Made by a program: the position numbers and the translations under genes. Below, one piece after another: positions 28,190 through 39,353 of a DNA stretch of 64,000 nucleotides (its first letter is position 1; each line of letters begins with the position of its first letter). The stretch comes from Candidatus Krumholzibacteriia bacterium (GTDB lineage Bacteria; Krumholzibacteriota; Krumholzibacteriia; JAJRXK01), in contig JBGPIA010000001.1 of NCBI GenBank assembly GCA_041484665.1, positions 96,001 through 160,000 of the forward strand, in the 5' to 3' direction. The notes below the pieces were generated by a model that was not told the origin of the DNA, made no database searches, and worked only from the letters and a program-made list of their open reading frames with translations.

Positions 28190-29848
28190 TCACGGCCTGC
28201 GCTGCGGCTTGGCGGAGCCCGGGCCCCCCAGGCGCAGAGCGCGCCATGACTGCTCCGCCGGCGGGATGTCGCGATCGGTGAGCCACGCTTTGTCATGTCC
28301 CTCGTGGCCGTGCCGGCGCGCCGTCTCGTCGCCAGCGCCGGGGGTCGCCCCGGATCCGGCTCCCGCGCCCGGTTGTGCTTCCACCTCGCCGGAGGCAGCG
28401 CCGGCGCCTGGCGCTCCCGGTCTGCCCGCGCCGGCCTCGCTGTCGCCCGCTTTGGGCTTGGGGCGCGGCCGGGGATCGAGGAAGACTGCGCCGTCCAGCG
28501 CGAGCGCTTGCGGTGACTGCGGGTACTTCTCACGCAACAGCGTGTACATGACCTGCGCCGAGTCGGGGCGAGCCACCAGCTCGCTCTCGATGTAGCCGAT
28601 GGCGTACGCCGAGCGCGGCGCGAGCGGGCTGTCGGGATGCTCCTGGAGCAGCTTGCGGTAGCACTCCAGCGCGCGCTCCGGCTGCTCCAGCTCCACCAGC
28701 AGCAGCTCGGCCAGCTGGAAGGCGGCCCGCGGGGCGCTCGCGGAGTCCGCCTTCGCCAGCTGTTCCTTGAGCTGACTGTAGCGCGCGAGCTGGCGCTGCA
28801 GCGCCTGGACCTGCTTGCCGAAGTCGCCGCCCCCCTTGTCGTCGATCGCGGTCTGCAGCTGGTCGGCGACCCGCTTCTCGTCGGGCCCGTGCGTCTTGAG
28901 TAGGTGCTCGGCGATGGCGTAACGCGCTTCGGACTCGAAGGGCTTGCCCTTGAACTCGGTGGCCGCCGCCTCCAGGATGCTGATCCCCTGGTCAGCCTGG
29001 CCCTGGTCCAGGCGGAGCTCCCCCTGCAGCACGAGCGTTTCGCCCCGCTTCTTGTAGAAGTCCGCGTCCTTCTCGAGATTAGCCAGCAAGTCGGCCGCCT
29101 CCTTCGCGCGCGCCAGGCCGCGCAGCGCCTGCACCCGCATGAAGTCAGCCGTGAATTGCTGCTCGCCCGTGGCCTTCTTGCGATCGATGCCGGAAAGGAC
29201 CGGCTCGGCATCAGCAAACCGCTCCTGATCGATGTAGAGCTGCCCGAGCTCCAGCTGCACCTGGGTTCGCGCAGCGTGCTTGGGGTAGTTCTTCAGATAC
29301 TGCGCGTAGTAGTCGGTGGCCTGGTCGTAGCGCTTCTCGCGTGCGTGGATCTGGCCCAGGCGGTAGAGCGCCTCCACGCCGAAGCGGCTGTTGGGGTAGT
29401 CACGGCTCAGTTGGCCCAGCAGGTCCATGCTCGGCTGCTGCTCCCCCACCTCCAAGTGCGCGACACTCTTGAGGTAGACCGCTTCCTCGACGAACTCCGA
29501 CTTGGGAAAGTTGGCGAGCAGGTTGTCGAAGCCGTGGATGGCCTTGCGGTAGTCCTTGAGGCCGAAATAGGAGCGGCCCATGTAGAACAGGGCGTCGTCG
29601 ATCAGCCCGCTGTCAGGATACTCGTCGAGCACTCCCTGGCACTTCTGGATGCAGACCTGGTACTTGCTGCGCTGCTGCCCGGTAGGCTGGCTGCGTGGAT
29701 CGACGTTCTTGCCCAAATCGAGCGCATCGGAGTAGGCCTTCTTCGCGTTGTAGAAGGTGTTGTAGTACGCGCAGCCAACCAGCAGCGTGGCGCCGCAGGT
29801 CAGCGCGGCGAAAAGGGCACGCAGCGTCGCGTGCCTGGCCAACCGCAC
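28190..29848 (-). CDS. TPR-repeat lipoprotein (BamD/SprE-like N-terminus)
   Basis: Lipobox LLVGC followed by AYYNTFYNAKK; repeated TPRs (YPDS..DDALFYMG, FPKS, YPNS..EALYRLG); start may be at 29920. Confidence 0.8.
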   Translation of the reverse strand: MRLARHATLRALFAALTCGATLLVGCAYYNTFYNAKKAYSDALDLGKNVDPRSQPTGQQRSKYQVCIQKCQGVLDEYPDSGLIDDALFYMGRSYFGLKDYRKAIHGFDNLLANFPKSEFVEEAVYLKSVAHLEVGEQQPSMDLLGQLSRDYPNSRFGVEALYRLGQIHAREKRYDQATDYYAQYLKNYPKHAARTQVQLELGQLYIDQERFADAEPVLSGIDRKKATGEQQFTADFMRVQALRGLARAKEAADLLANLEKDADFYKKRGETLVLQGELRLDQGQADQGISILEAAATEFKGKPFESEARYAIAEHLLKTHGPDEKRVADQLQTAIDDKGGGDFGKQVQALQRQLARYSQLKEQLAKADSASAPRAAFQLAELLLVELEQPERALECYRKLLQEHPDSPLAPRSAYAIGYIESELVARPDSAQVMYTLLREKYPQSPQALALDGAVFLDPRPRPKPKAGDSEAGAGRPGAPGAGAASGEVEAQPGAGAGSGATPGAGDETARRHGHEGHDKAWLTDRDIPPAEQSWRALRLGGPGSAKPQRRP

Positions 29849-29879
29849 GTCCGCCGATTCCGCGCCGCGATTGCGGCCC

Positions 29880-31244
29880 TCAGGCAATGGCCGCCTCTTC
29901 CAGTCTGCCGCGGAGCGCATACGTCGTCTTCCCCTCCAGGCAGGTGCCGATCACCCGCCCCGTGAGCGAACGTCCCAGCCAAGGACAATTGCGGGACTTG
30001 CTCTTGAGGTCACCCTCACGGGGGGTCCACTGCTCACCGGGGTCGATCAGGGTAAAATCGGCAGGGGTGCCCGGCGCGAGCGACGCGCCCGGCAGGCCCA
30101 AGATACGTGCGGGGCCGGTCGTCAACAACTCCACCAGGCGCGGCAACGTCAGGGGGCCCCGGCGCACCAGACGGTCGTGGCAGGCTGCGAAGCTGGTCTC
30201 CAGCCCGATCACGCCGAACGGCGCCTCTCCGAACGGCCGCTCCTTCTCGGTAACGGTGTGCGGCGCGTGGTCGGTGGCGATCGCTTCGAGCGTGCCGTCC
30301 ACGAGCCCTTCGATCAGCGCCTCCTGGTCGTGCATGGCGCGCAGCGGCGGATTCATCTTGAAGCGGGTGTCGTAACCCGCGCACTCGGCGTCGGTGAAGT
30401 CGAGGAAATGCGGCGCCGTCTCGGCGGTCACGGCCAGCCCCTCGTGCTTGGCGCGGCGCACTAGCTCCACTACGTCCTTGCTGCTGACGTGTGCCACGTG
30501 CAGGCGCGCGCCGGTCAGGCGCGCCAGCTCGATGTCGCGCGCGACCGCCACCGTCTCGGCGGCCCTGGGGATCCCACGCAGCCCCAGGCGGGTGCTCCAG
30601 GCTCCCTCATTCATCGCGCCGCCGCGGGAGAGGCTGCGGTCCTGCGCGTGGGTGATCAGGGGAACGCCGAGCATCCGGCTGTACTCCATGGCGCGGCGCA
30701 TGATGGCGCCGTCGGCGACCCAGCGTCCGTCATCGGTGAAGGCCACGGCGCCCGCCGCGATCAGCTCGTCGTACTCGCACATCTGGGTGCCGTCCAGGCC
30801 CTGCGTGATGGCGGCCGCGGGATGCACCCGGCAGAGACCCGCGGCGCGGGCGCGCTCGAGCACCAGGCATACCCCGCCGGCATTATCGATGGGCGGGCTG
30901 GTGTTGGGCATGGTCACGACGCGGGTGAACCCACCGGCGGCGGCCGCGGCGCAGCCGGTGGCCACGGTCTCCTTGTCCTCCTGCCCCGGCTCGCGGAAGT
31001 GGACGTGGATGTCCCACAGCCCGGGCGCCAGCACGGCGCCCAGGACGTCGACCCGTCGGACGGCAGCTTGCCCCTGCTGCGCCAGTGACTGCGGCACCGG
31101 ACCCGCGCCGCAGGAGACGACCACCCCGTCGTCGGCCACCAAGTGGCCAGCGGCGTCGACGCCACGGGCGGGATCGACGACGCGCGCGTTGAGCACGACC
31201 AGACGGCCTGGGGCCGGGCGGCCGGCGCGATCGCTCATGGACAT
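29880..31244 (-). CDS. pyrC: Dihydroorotase (long, type I)
   Basis: DIHVHFREPG, MPNTSP, HVAHVS, KMNPPLR, IATDHAPH, APFGVIGLET. Confidence 0.95.
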   Translation of the reverse strand: MSMSDRAGRPAPGRLVVLNARVVDPARGVDAAGHLVADDGVVVSCGAGPVPQSLAQQGQAAVRRVDVLGAVLAPGLWDIHVHFREPGQEDKETVATGCAAAAAGGFTRVVTMPNTSPPIDNAGGVCLVLERARAAGLCRVHPAAAITQGLDGTQMCEYDELIAAGAVAFTDDGRWVADGAIMRRAMEYSRMLGVPLITHAQDRSLSRGGAMNEGAWSTRLGLRGIPRAAETVAVARDIELARLTGARLHVAHVSSKDVVELVRRAKHEGLAVTAETAPHFLDFTDAECAGYDTRFKMNPPLRAMHDQEALIEGLVDGTLEAIATDHAPHTVTEKERPFGEAPFGVIGLETSFAACHDRLVRRGPLTLPRLVELLTTGPARILGLPGASLAPGTPADFTLIDPGEQWTPREGDLKSKSRNCPWLGRSLTGRVIGTCLEGKTTYALRGRLEEAAIA

Positions 31245-31292
31245 GGGCTCCTCCTGTGGCCTGGTGCCGGGCGGCCGGCCCGGCGCGCCGAT

Positions 31293-32958
<1,666 letters not shown>

Positions 32959-32982
32959 CTACCCTCGATCATCGTCACGGCA

Positions 32983-33015
32983 CCCTTTCGGATCTCGCTG
33001 GATCCGGCTTAAAGG
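32983..33015 (-). ncRNA. PyrR binding loop (cis-regulatory RNA)
   Basis: Minus strand CCUUUAAGCCGGAUCCAGCGAGAUCCGAAAGGG resembles the CUUUAA..[RUCC-nGnGA-G]..AAAGG PyrR-binding consensus; lies just upstream of the terminator. Confidence 0.8.
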
Positions 33016-33249
33016 CCGCGGCGCATCGGGTCGCCGCAAGGGTGCGTCGAGCCAGCGGCGCTGACGGACGCGGCGGGCGCGCAGTCGGGGGCCGCCGCCC
33101 GGAACTCCCCGTGCGCGAGAGTACCGCAATCCGGCGGCGGCGGGCAAGACCGGGGTGGCCGCGGTGCGGTGGCGGGAGTGTCCGGGCGGGGGGAGCCGCC
33201 GATGGGCGTCCCGCGGCGGGGGCGGGCTCGCGCCGGCTGCGACCGCGCG

Positions 33250-34020
33250 TCAGGGCAGCGCCCGCAGGTGGCTGCGCGCTTCCTGCGCCCACGCGCTCGT
33301 CCCGTCGAGCTCCAGGTACTTCTGCCAGGCCAGCCGCGCGCGCTCGCTCTCCCCCAGCTTCTCCAGGACCATGCCATGGGTGAAGCGCGCCCGCAGGAAC
33401 GCAGCGTCCAGGCCCAGCGCCGCCTCCAGCTCGGGCAGGGAGTCGGCGTAGCGCCCGAGGTGGAAGTAGGCCGAGGCGAGGGCGTAGCGCGCATCCTTGT
33501 CGGCGGGCCGCACTGCGACCACCTCGCGCAGCGGTGCGACGGCGTCCCCAGCCTTCTGCAGGCGCAGCAACGCCAGGCCAAGGTTGTACTGTGCGTCGAC
33601 GAATCCGGGAGCGCGGTGCAGCGCCTCCTGGAAGGACGCTGCGGCCTCCTTGTAGCGGCCGGCGTTGAGGTGTTGGAACCCCGTGTTGTAGGGCTCGCGC
33701 GCCTCGGCCAGCTGCCGCACGCGCGGCATCTCCGCCGCCAGGATGCGTACGCGCACCGTATCCCCCGGCGCGGGCGCGGAATCGATGGCACGGCCGTTGT
33801 CCCTGGCCAGGCGCGCGGCGGGCTCGGGGGTTCCAAGGTAGGTCTCCGCGATGCTCTGCCAGGTGTCGCCAGGGCCCACGGTGTGCGCGAGGGTCGTGCC
33901 CGACGGGGGCAACGCGGACGGCTCCGTCTGCACGCCCCTGGGATGCTTGCTGCACCCGGCCGCGAGCAGCAGCGCGAGTGCCCCGCAGCAAAGCGGGAGG
34001 CCGCGCGCGCGCCGCATCAT
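33250..34020 (-). CDS. LysM + TPR lipoprotein
   Basis: Lipobox LAAGC; LysM HTVGPGDTWQSIAETYLG...LARDN; four TPRs (YNLGLAL, YALASAY); ATGA overlap with dusB. Confidence 0.8.
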   Translation of the reverse strand: MMRRARGLPLCCGALALLLAAGCSKHPRGVQTEPSALPPSGTTLAHTVGPGDTWQSIAETYLGTPEPAARLARDNGRAIDSAPAPGDTVRVRILAAEMPRVRQLAEAREPYNTGFQHLNAGRYKEAAASFQEALHRAPGFVDAQYNLGLALLRLQKAGDAVAPLREVVAVRPADKDARYALASAYFHLGRYADSLPELEAALGLDAAFLRARFTHGMVLEKLGESERARLAWQKYLELDGTSAWAQEARSHLRALP

Positions 34021-35105
34021 GCGGCCTCCGCCGACGCCAGCGTGCGCTGGGGACGCGCGAGCGGCTGGCTCCCGTGCTCGGCGCGAAAGCGGTCGAAGGC
34101 CTCCACGATTGCCCCACGCTGCAGCAGCTCGAACACCATCCGGCGCAGCTCCGCCACGCCGGGGTAGCCCTTCAGATAGTTCGACATCTGCCGGCGCATG
34201 CGCAGGATGCCGTTGCGCTCCCCGCGCAATGCGATCTCGCGGTCGAGGTGGTCGATGATCGCGTCCACCACCTGGCCCACCGTGGGGGGCGACCACGCCA
34301 GCCCGCGCCTGGCGGCCTTCACCTCGCCGAAGATCCATGGATTGCCGATCGCCCCGCGAGCGATCATCACGGCGTCGCAGCCGGTCTCGCGCTTCATGCG
34401 CAGGAAGTCCTCGCCGGTCCACACGTCGCCATTGCCCACGATGGGGACGCGGGCGACCGCCTTGACCTGCGCGATGGCGCTCCAATCGGCGCGGCCGGTG
34501 AACTTCTGGTCGCGCGTGCGCCCATGGACGGTGACCGCGCACACACCCGCCTCCTCGAGCATGCGCGTGACCTCGAGGTGGTTGAGGCTGTCGTGGCTCC
34601 ACCCGATGCGGATCTTGGCCGTGACGGGCAGGCGTGTGGCCGCCACCACGGCCCGCACGATCTGCTCCATCAGAGGCACGTTACACAGGAGGGCCGAGCC
34701 GCCGTTCTTCTTGACGACCTTCTTCACCGGGCAGCCGAAGTTGATGTCGATGAGGTCGGGCTCGAGCTTCTCGGCTTCCACGGCCGCCTCAGCCAGCACG
34801 CCCGGCTCGCTGCCGAACAGCTGGATGCCGACCGGGTGCTCGTCCTTCGCCAGCTCGACCAGATCGAGGGTGGCCTGATTGCCTTGCAAGAGCCCGTTGG
34901 CACTGACGAACTCGCAGTAGGTCACGTCCGCACCGTGGGCGCGGCAGATGGCGCGGAAGACGAGATCGCTGACGCCGGCCATGGGCGACAGCAGGGCATC
35001 CGCAGGCTCGAGCATCGTGCGCACACGCGCGCGCTTCGCCTCCAGAGCGGACACGGTCGCGCCCAGCCGCTGCGAAGCGGTCCTTGCGAGCAGGTCGTAC
35101 GCCAT
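34017..35105 (-). CDS. dusB: tRNA-dihydrouridine synthase B
   Basis: SPMAGVSD, IQLFGSEP, IDINFGCPVKKV, AKIRIGW, HGRTR, GNGDV, VMIARGAIGNPW. Confidence 0.92.
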   Translation of the reverse strand: MAYDLLARTASQRLGATVSALEAKRARVRTMLEPADALLSPMAGVSDLVFRAICRAHGADVTYCEFVSANGLLQGNQATLDLVELAKDEHPVGIQLFGSEPGVLAEAAVEAEKLEPDLIDINFGCPVKKVVKKNGGSALLCNVPLMEQIVRAVVAATRLPVTAKIRIGWSHDSLNHLEVTRMLEEAGVCAVTVHGRTRDQKFTGRADWSAIAQVKAVARVPIVGNGDVWTGEDFLRMKRETGCDAVMIARGAIGNPWIFGEVKAARRGLAWSPPTVGQVVDAIIDHLDREIALRGERNGILRMRRQMSNYLKGYPGVAELRRMVFELLQRGAIVEAFDRFRAEHGSQPLARPQRTLASAEAA

Positions 35106-35302
35106 GTCTGCGCCGGCTCCGGAATGCATCGAGTGCGTCGTCACGTCGCCCGCGGGGTCCCGCCGCACGTGGGAGGTGCGGGCGGCTGCCAGCGGCTCCC
35201 CCGAGCCGGTTTCCAGGGTAAGGCCTGCCTCTCACGCACGCCAGCCGTACGGCGCACGTACGGGCACCCGACGGATCGAGCCGGTCGGCCGCGCTTGCGC
35301 CG

Positions 35303-35716
35303 TCAGAGGTACAGGACGTGCCGCGCGCCGGCCATCAGGGACAGCACGGTCGGCCAGCCGACGATCTCGTCCACGGCGCGGCGCACGTCGTCCTGCGCCA
35401 GGCCCATCAGCGCCACCGAGGCGCTGCACGCGAGCAGGCGCACGCGCCCGGTGCGACGCGCAGCGTCGAGCATGGTGTCGAGCGCCGGAGTGCCGATCTC
35501 GTCGATCCGCTGCCGCAGGCGGGCCTCCCGGGCGGGGTCCTGCGGCTCGAGCGTGACCTCGTCGAGGCGACCCAGGGTGAGCTTCTCCAGGGCGGAGAAG
35601 TAGAAGACCAGCGTGACCGTGTCGCCTACGGACGCCGCGCTGGCCGCGGCGCTCACGGCCTGGTAGAGGCGGTCCCAGCTTCCAGTGTGGCAGAGCAGGA
35701 GCAGCGCGTTCGCCAT
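35303..35716 (-). CDS. DsrE/DsrF-like protein
   Basis: VTLVFYF..L..L, VRLLACSASVALMG, IVGWPTVL...HVLYL pattern typical of the DsrE-2 family. Confidence 0.75.
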   Translation of the reverse strand: MANALLLLCHTGSWDRLYQAVSAAASAASVGDTVTLVFYFSALEKLTLGRLDEVTLEPQDPAREARLRQRIDEIGTPALDTMLDAARRTGRVRLLACSASVALMGLAQDDVRRAVDEIVGWPTVLSLMAGARHVLYL

Positions 35717-35937
35717 GGTGCCCGCAAGCGTACCCTCCGGCCCGCCGTGCCGCCACCGTCAACGGCGATCGAGGGCGAAGACGCCCGGCGCCGCCGTGCT
35801 GGACGAAGACCCAGGCGGTCTTTGCGGACCGCAGAGGCGCCGGCGCTGGCCGCCTGCCCCCATCCTGCGGACCGGGCCGCGGCCGCTGTGCTATGGTCCG
35901 TCCACGCGCCCGCGAGAGTGCGCACGGCAGGAGCATC

Positions 35938-37701
35938 GTGCAAGAGCCACGCCGCAAGCCAAGCGCCACCTCCGCTCGAACTGCAGGAGGGGCCCCAACG
36001 GACGCGCCGCTGCTGTGGCATGCGCTGCTGGTGGCCGCTACCGCGCTCGCGTTGTACCTGCCCGCCCTCCGCTACGGCCTGGTCTGGGACGACCCGCACT
36101 TGCTGGCGCAGGTGGACCGGGCGACGCACGATCGCGGCGCGGCTGGGCTGCTGCGATCCGAGTTCCAGCTGTTCGCGGACCGGCCCACCGGGTACTACCG
36201 GCCGGTCGTGACGCTGAGCCTGTGGGCCGATACGGGCCTGGCCGCGGCGCTGGGCGGCGATCCCCGCGCCCAACGGGCGCGGGTCCTCCACGCAACGAAT
36301 CTGGGCCTGCACGTCGCGTGCAGCGTGCTGTTGCTGTTGCTGGTGCGCTCGCTCGCGGGCGCCGGCTGGCCGGCGACGGTCGCAGCGTTGCTGTTCGCCG
36401 CCCATCCGGCGCACGTGGAATCGGTGGCGTTCGTGTCGGGCAGAACCGACCTGTGGGCGGCGTTGTTCGCCGTGTTGGCGATGCTCGCGTGGCTGCGCGC
36501 GCGGCGCGCCGCGGCGGCGGCATGGCCCTGGATCGCCGCCAGCGGAGCGACCCTCCTGCTGGCCACGCTCTCCAAGGAGACCGCCTTCCTACTCCCGGGC
36601 GTGCTCCTGGGATGGGACACGCTGATCATCGGGGAAGGCGCCGCCGGACCGCGGAAATGGTGGCGGCGCATGGGGCCTGGCCTGCTCGCCTGGGCTGTGG
36701 CCATCGCGCTCGCGCTCGCGCTGCGCGGGGCCGCGGGCGTTGGCGAGGGTGCCGCATCGATCGCCCGCGCAGCCGACGCCGCGCCGCGCGCGCTGCGTCT
36801 GGTGCTGCCGGCTCTGCTCACCTACCTGCGTCTGTTGCTGTTGCCCCGGCCGCTGAACGCCTACTACACGCCGGCGCAGCTCGCCGTGTCGGCGCTGACG
36901 TTGGCCGCGTGCATGATCGCTCTGCTGGCCGGCGGGCTCTGCGCGCGGCGCGGCCGGGGGCGGTTGGCGGCGGCCGGGCTGCTGGCCAGCGTGGTCTTCC
37001 TGCTGCCGGTCGTGCACTTCGTGCCACTGCAAGGAGCGGCGGCGGCCGAACGCTTCCTCTATCTGCCCTCAGTGGGGCTGGCGCTGGTAGCCGCGGCGAC
37101 GCTGCAAACAGCCCGGCCGTCCGCGCGCAGCCAGCGGATCGCGTGGATCCTGGCCGGCGGGGTGACCGTCGCCTGCGCGCTGGGGACGCTCCGCCGGCTG
37201 CCGGTATGGCAGAGCGAGGCGACTCTCTTCGCCGACATGGTGCGCACCTCGCCGGGCGCGCCGGTGGCGCACTACGGCCTGGCCAGCGTGCTGGCCGACG
37301 CCGGGCGCGACGCCGAGGCGGTGGAGCACTACCGAGAGACGCTGCGGCTGAAGCCCGACCACGTGGACGCGCTCAACGGGCTAGGCACGTCCAGCACGAG
37401 CCTGCGCAACTATGACGAGGCCCGCCGCGCACTGGAGACGGCGATCCGCCTGCGGCCCGAGCAGGCGCGGGCCTACACGAATCTTGGGATCGCCTGCGCC
37501 CTCTCCGGGGACGACGCGCGCGCCATCGAGCTGTTCCGCAGGGCGGTCGTCCTCGATCCGGGCGATCCGAAGGCGCGTTTCAATTTCGGGCTGGCGCTGG
37601 TCGGCGTGGGCCAAGCGGACAGTGCGCGCGTGCAACTGGCGATCCTGCAGCAGCTGGACGCTCGCATGGCGGAGCGGCTGCAGCGAGAGCTGCAGCGCTG
37701 A
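35938..37701 (+). CDS. TMTC-like GT-C membrane glycosyltransferase with C-terminal TPRs
   Basis: VWDD, YYRP, LFAAHPAHVESVAFVSGR, LSKE, AERFLYLPS, WQSEATLF, then TPRs; start chosen after AGGAG (35893 also possible). Confidence 0.88.
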   Translation: MQEPRRKPSATSARTAGGAPTDAPLLWHALLVAATALALYLPALRYGLVWDDPHLLAQVDRATHDRGAAGLLRSEFQLFADRPTGYYRPVVTLSLWADTGLAAALGGDPRAQRARVLHATNLGLHVACSVLLLLLVRSLAGAGWPATVAALLFAAHPAHVESVAFVSGRTDLWAALFAVLAMLAWLRARRAAAAAWPWIAASGATLLLATLSKETAFLLPGVLLGWDTLIIGEGAAGPRKWWRRMGPGLLAWAVAIALALALRGAAGVGEGAASIARAADAAPRALRLVLPALLTYLRLLLLPRPLNAYYTPAQLAVSALTLAACMIALLAGGLCARRGRGRLAAAGLLASVVFLLPVVHFVPLQGAAAAERFLYLPSVGLALVAAATLQTARPSARSQRIAWILAGGVTVACALGTLRRLPVWQSEATLFADMVRTSPGAPVAHYGLASVLADAGRDAEAVEHYRETLRLKPDHVDALNGLGTSSTSLRNYDEARRALETAIRLRPEQARAYTNLGIACALSGDDARAIELFRRAVVLDPGDPKARFNFGLALVGVGQADSARVQLAILQQLDARMAERLQRELQR

Positions 37702-37734
37702 AGCAGCGTCCCGCCGCGGGCCGTGGAGCCAGCT

Positions 37735-39159
37735 TTAAAGCTTCACAAAGATCCGCCGGCGATGCAACGCTGCAGCGACCGCTGCCCAAACCAGGACGAC
37801 GCAGAGCGCGAACGCGAGCGAGGCCGGCCGGGGCGGCGCCCACGACGCGAACAGCCGCTCATAGAGCCAGCTCTTCAGCGGCATGAGAGTCATTGCACCA
37901 TCGGCCGCGCGCGCAGGGACGCGCAGGTGCAGGCTGAGCGTCGCCGCTAAGCTCGATCCCAAGAACACCAGGATTGCATTGCGACCGTACCAGACCCAGG
38001 GCAGCGCCGGGCCGCGCCAGGCCCGGACCTCGATCGCGTACGCGCACGCCGCCAGGCAGCAGCACGCGAACCCGCCCATGAGCAGGGCATACGAGCTGGT
38101 CCACAGCTGCTTGTTGATGGGAATCCAGAGGCCCACCAGCCATCCCACAACGCACAGCGCCGCGCCGGCGGCCAACAGCCCGCGCAGCCGCCGCCGCACT
38201 TGGGTCAGGCCACCGATCAGGGCCCGCCCGCAGAGCACACCCATGAGCACGGTCGCGATCGCAGGGATCGTGCTCACCAGTCCTTCGGGATCGAACCCCC
38301 ACAGCATCGCCCCAGTGTGCGGATCGCGCACGGTCTGGTAGCAGCGGGTGCCGAACGCGCGCGCATCCACCCAAGCGCACCAGTTCGGCAGCACCGGGGG
38401 GGCTGCCCGGGACGCCGCTGCGAGATCGATGCTCAGGTCCGGCCGGCCGAAGCCCGGAACCGGAACGTACAGCATCCAGACCGCATATCCGCCCAGCAGC
38501 ACGGCGATCCAAGTGACCAGGCGGCGTGACTGCGGGCTGGTCAAGCCGATGGCCGCGGCCACGAGCGAGCAGATCCCGATGCGGAACAGTACGCCCGGAA
38601 CGCGCGACTCGGCGAGCTGCCGGCCGAGCCACTGCAGATCGCCGGCGCGCGCCCAGGGAAGCGAAGCCGCCGCAACGAAGACCGCCATCGCCAGCAGCCG
38701 CGCCCACCGCCGCCGGTGCGTCTGCGCGGACAACAGCGCGGCGGCGGCGAGCACGAGCGCAACGATCGCGCCTCGCAGCGCGACGCCAGCCGGGCCGACC
38801 GCCGCCAGCTCTGCCCAGAAGCCCTGCGGTGAGCGTTGCAGGAAGGGGAAACGGCTCTGGAACAACCCGAGCACCACCAGCGCCGCAGCGCGCCCGGCCA
38901 CGTGGCGCAGCAGGGCAGAGCGCTCACCAGGCTGCGCGAGCCGGCGCTCGAATGACAGGGCCATCGAGACACCGACGATGAACAGGAAGAACGGGAAGAT
39001 CGCGTCGGTGAGGGTCCAGCCATTCCAGGCGGCATGGCGCAGCTGCGCGTAGCCGGCCGATTCGGCCCAGAGACCGGGGTTGTTGACCAGCAGCATGGCC
39101 GCGATCGTCAGCCCGCGGAAGGCGTCCAGCGATTGCAGGCGAGGGGAAGCCGGGTTCAT
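37735..39159 (-). CDS. HGSNAT/NagX-like (DUF5009) membrane acyltransferase
   Basis: SLDAFRGLT..MLLVNNPG, HAAWNGWTLTDAIFPFFLFIVGVS, PGVLFRI, DPEG, PINKQLWTSSY, GRNAI. Confidence 0.9.
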   Translation of the reverse strand: MNPASPRLQSLDAFRGLTIAAMLLVNNPGLWAESAGYAQLRHAAWNGWTLTDAIFPFFLFIVGVSMALSFERRLAQPGERSALLRHVAGRAAALVVLGLFQSRFPFLQRSPQGFWAELAAVGPAGVALRGAIVALVLAAAALLSAQTHRRRWARLLAMAVFVAAASLPWARAGDLQWLGRQLAESRVPGVLFRIGICSLVAAAIGLTSPQSRRLVTWIAVLLGGYAVWMLYVPVPGFGRPDLSIDLAAASRAAPPVLPNWCAWVDARAFGTRCYQTVRDPHTGAMLWGFDPEGLVSTIPAIATVLMGVLCGRALIGGLTQVRRRLRGLLAAGAALCVVGWLVGLWIPINKQLWTSSYALLMGGFACCCLAACAYAIEVRAWRGPALPWVWYGRNAILVFLGSSLAATLSLHLRVPARAADGAMTLMPLKSWLYERLFASWAPPRPASLAFALCVVLVWAAVAAALHRRRIFVKL

Positions 39160-39353
39160 GGCGTTTCGGCCGCGTGCGGGTCGGGCCAGGGGAGCTGCGG
39201 CGCCCAGGCTACCCCGCGCGCAGCGCTTCGTCATGCAGAAGCGCGGAAGGCGTCCACCCGCTGGCCGGCCGCCGCCTTCCCAGAACGAAACGGCCGGCCG
39301 CAGCAGTCGCCACGGCCGGCCATCCCCTCGCGGCCAGAGTGTAGAGCGAGCTG

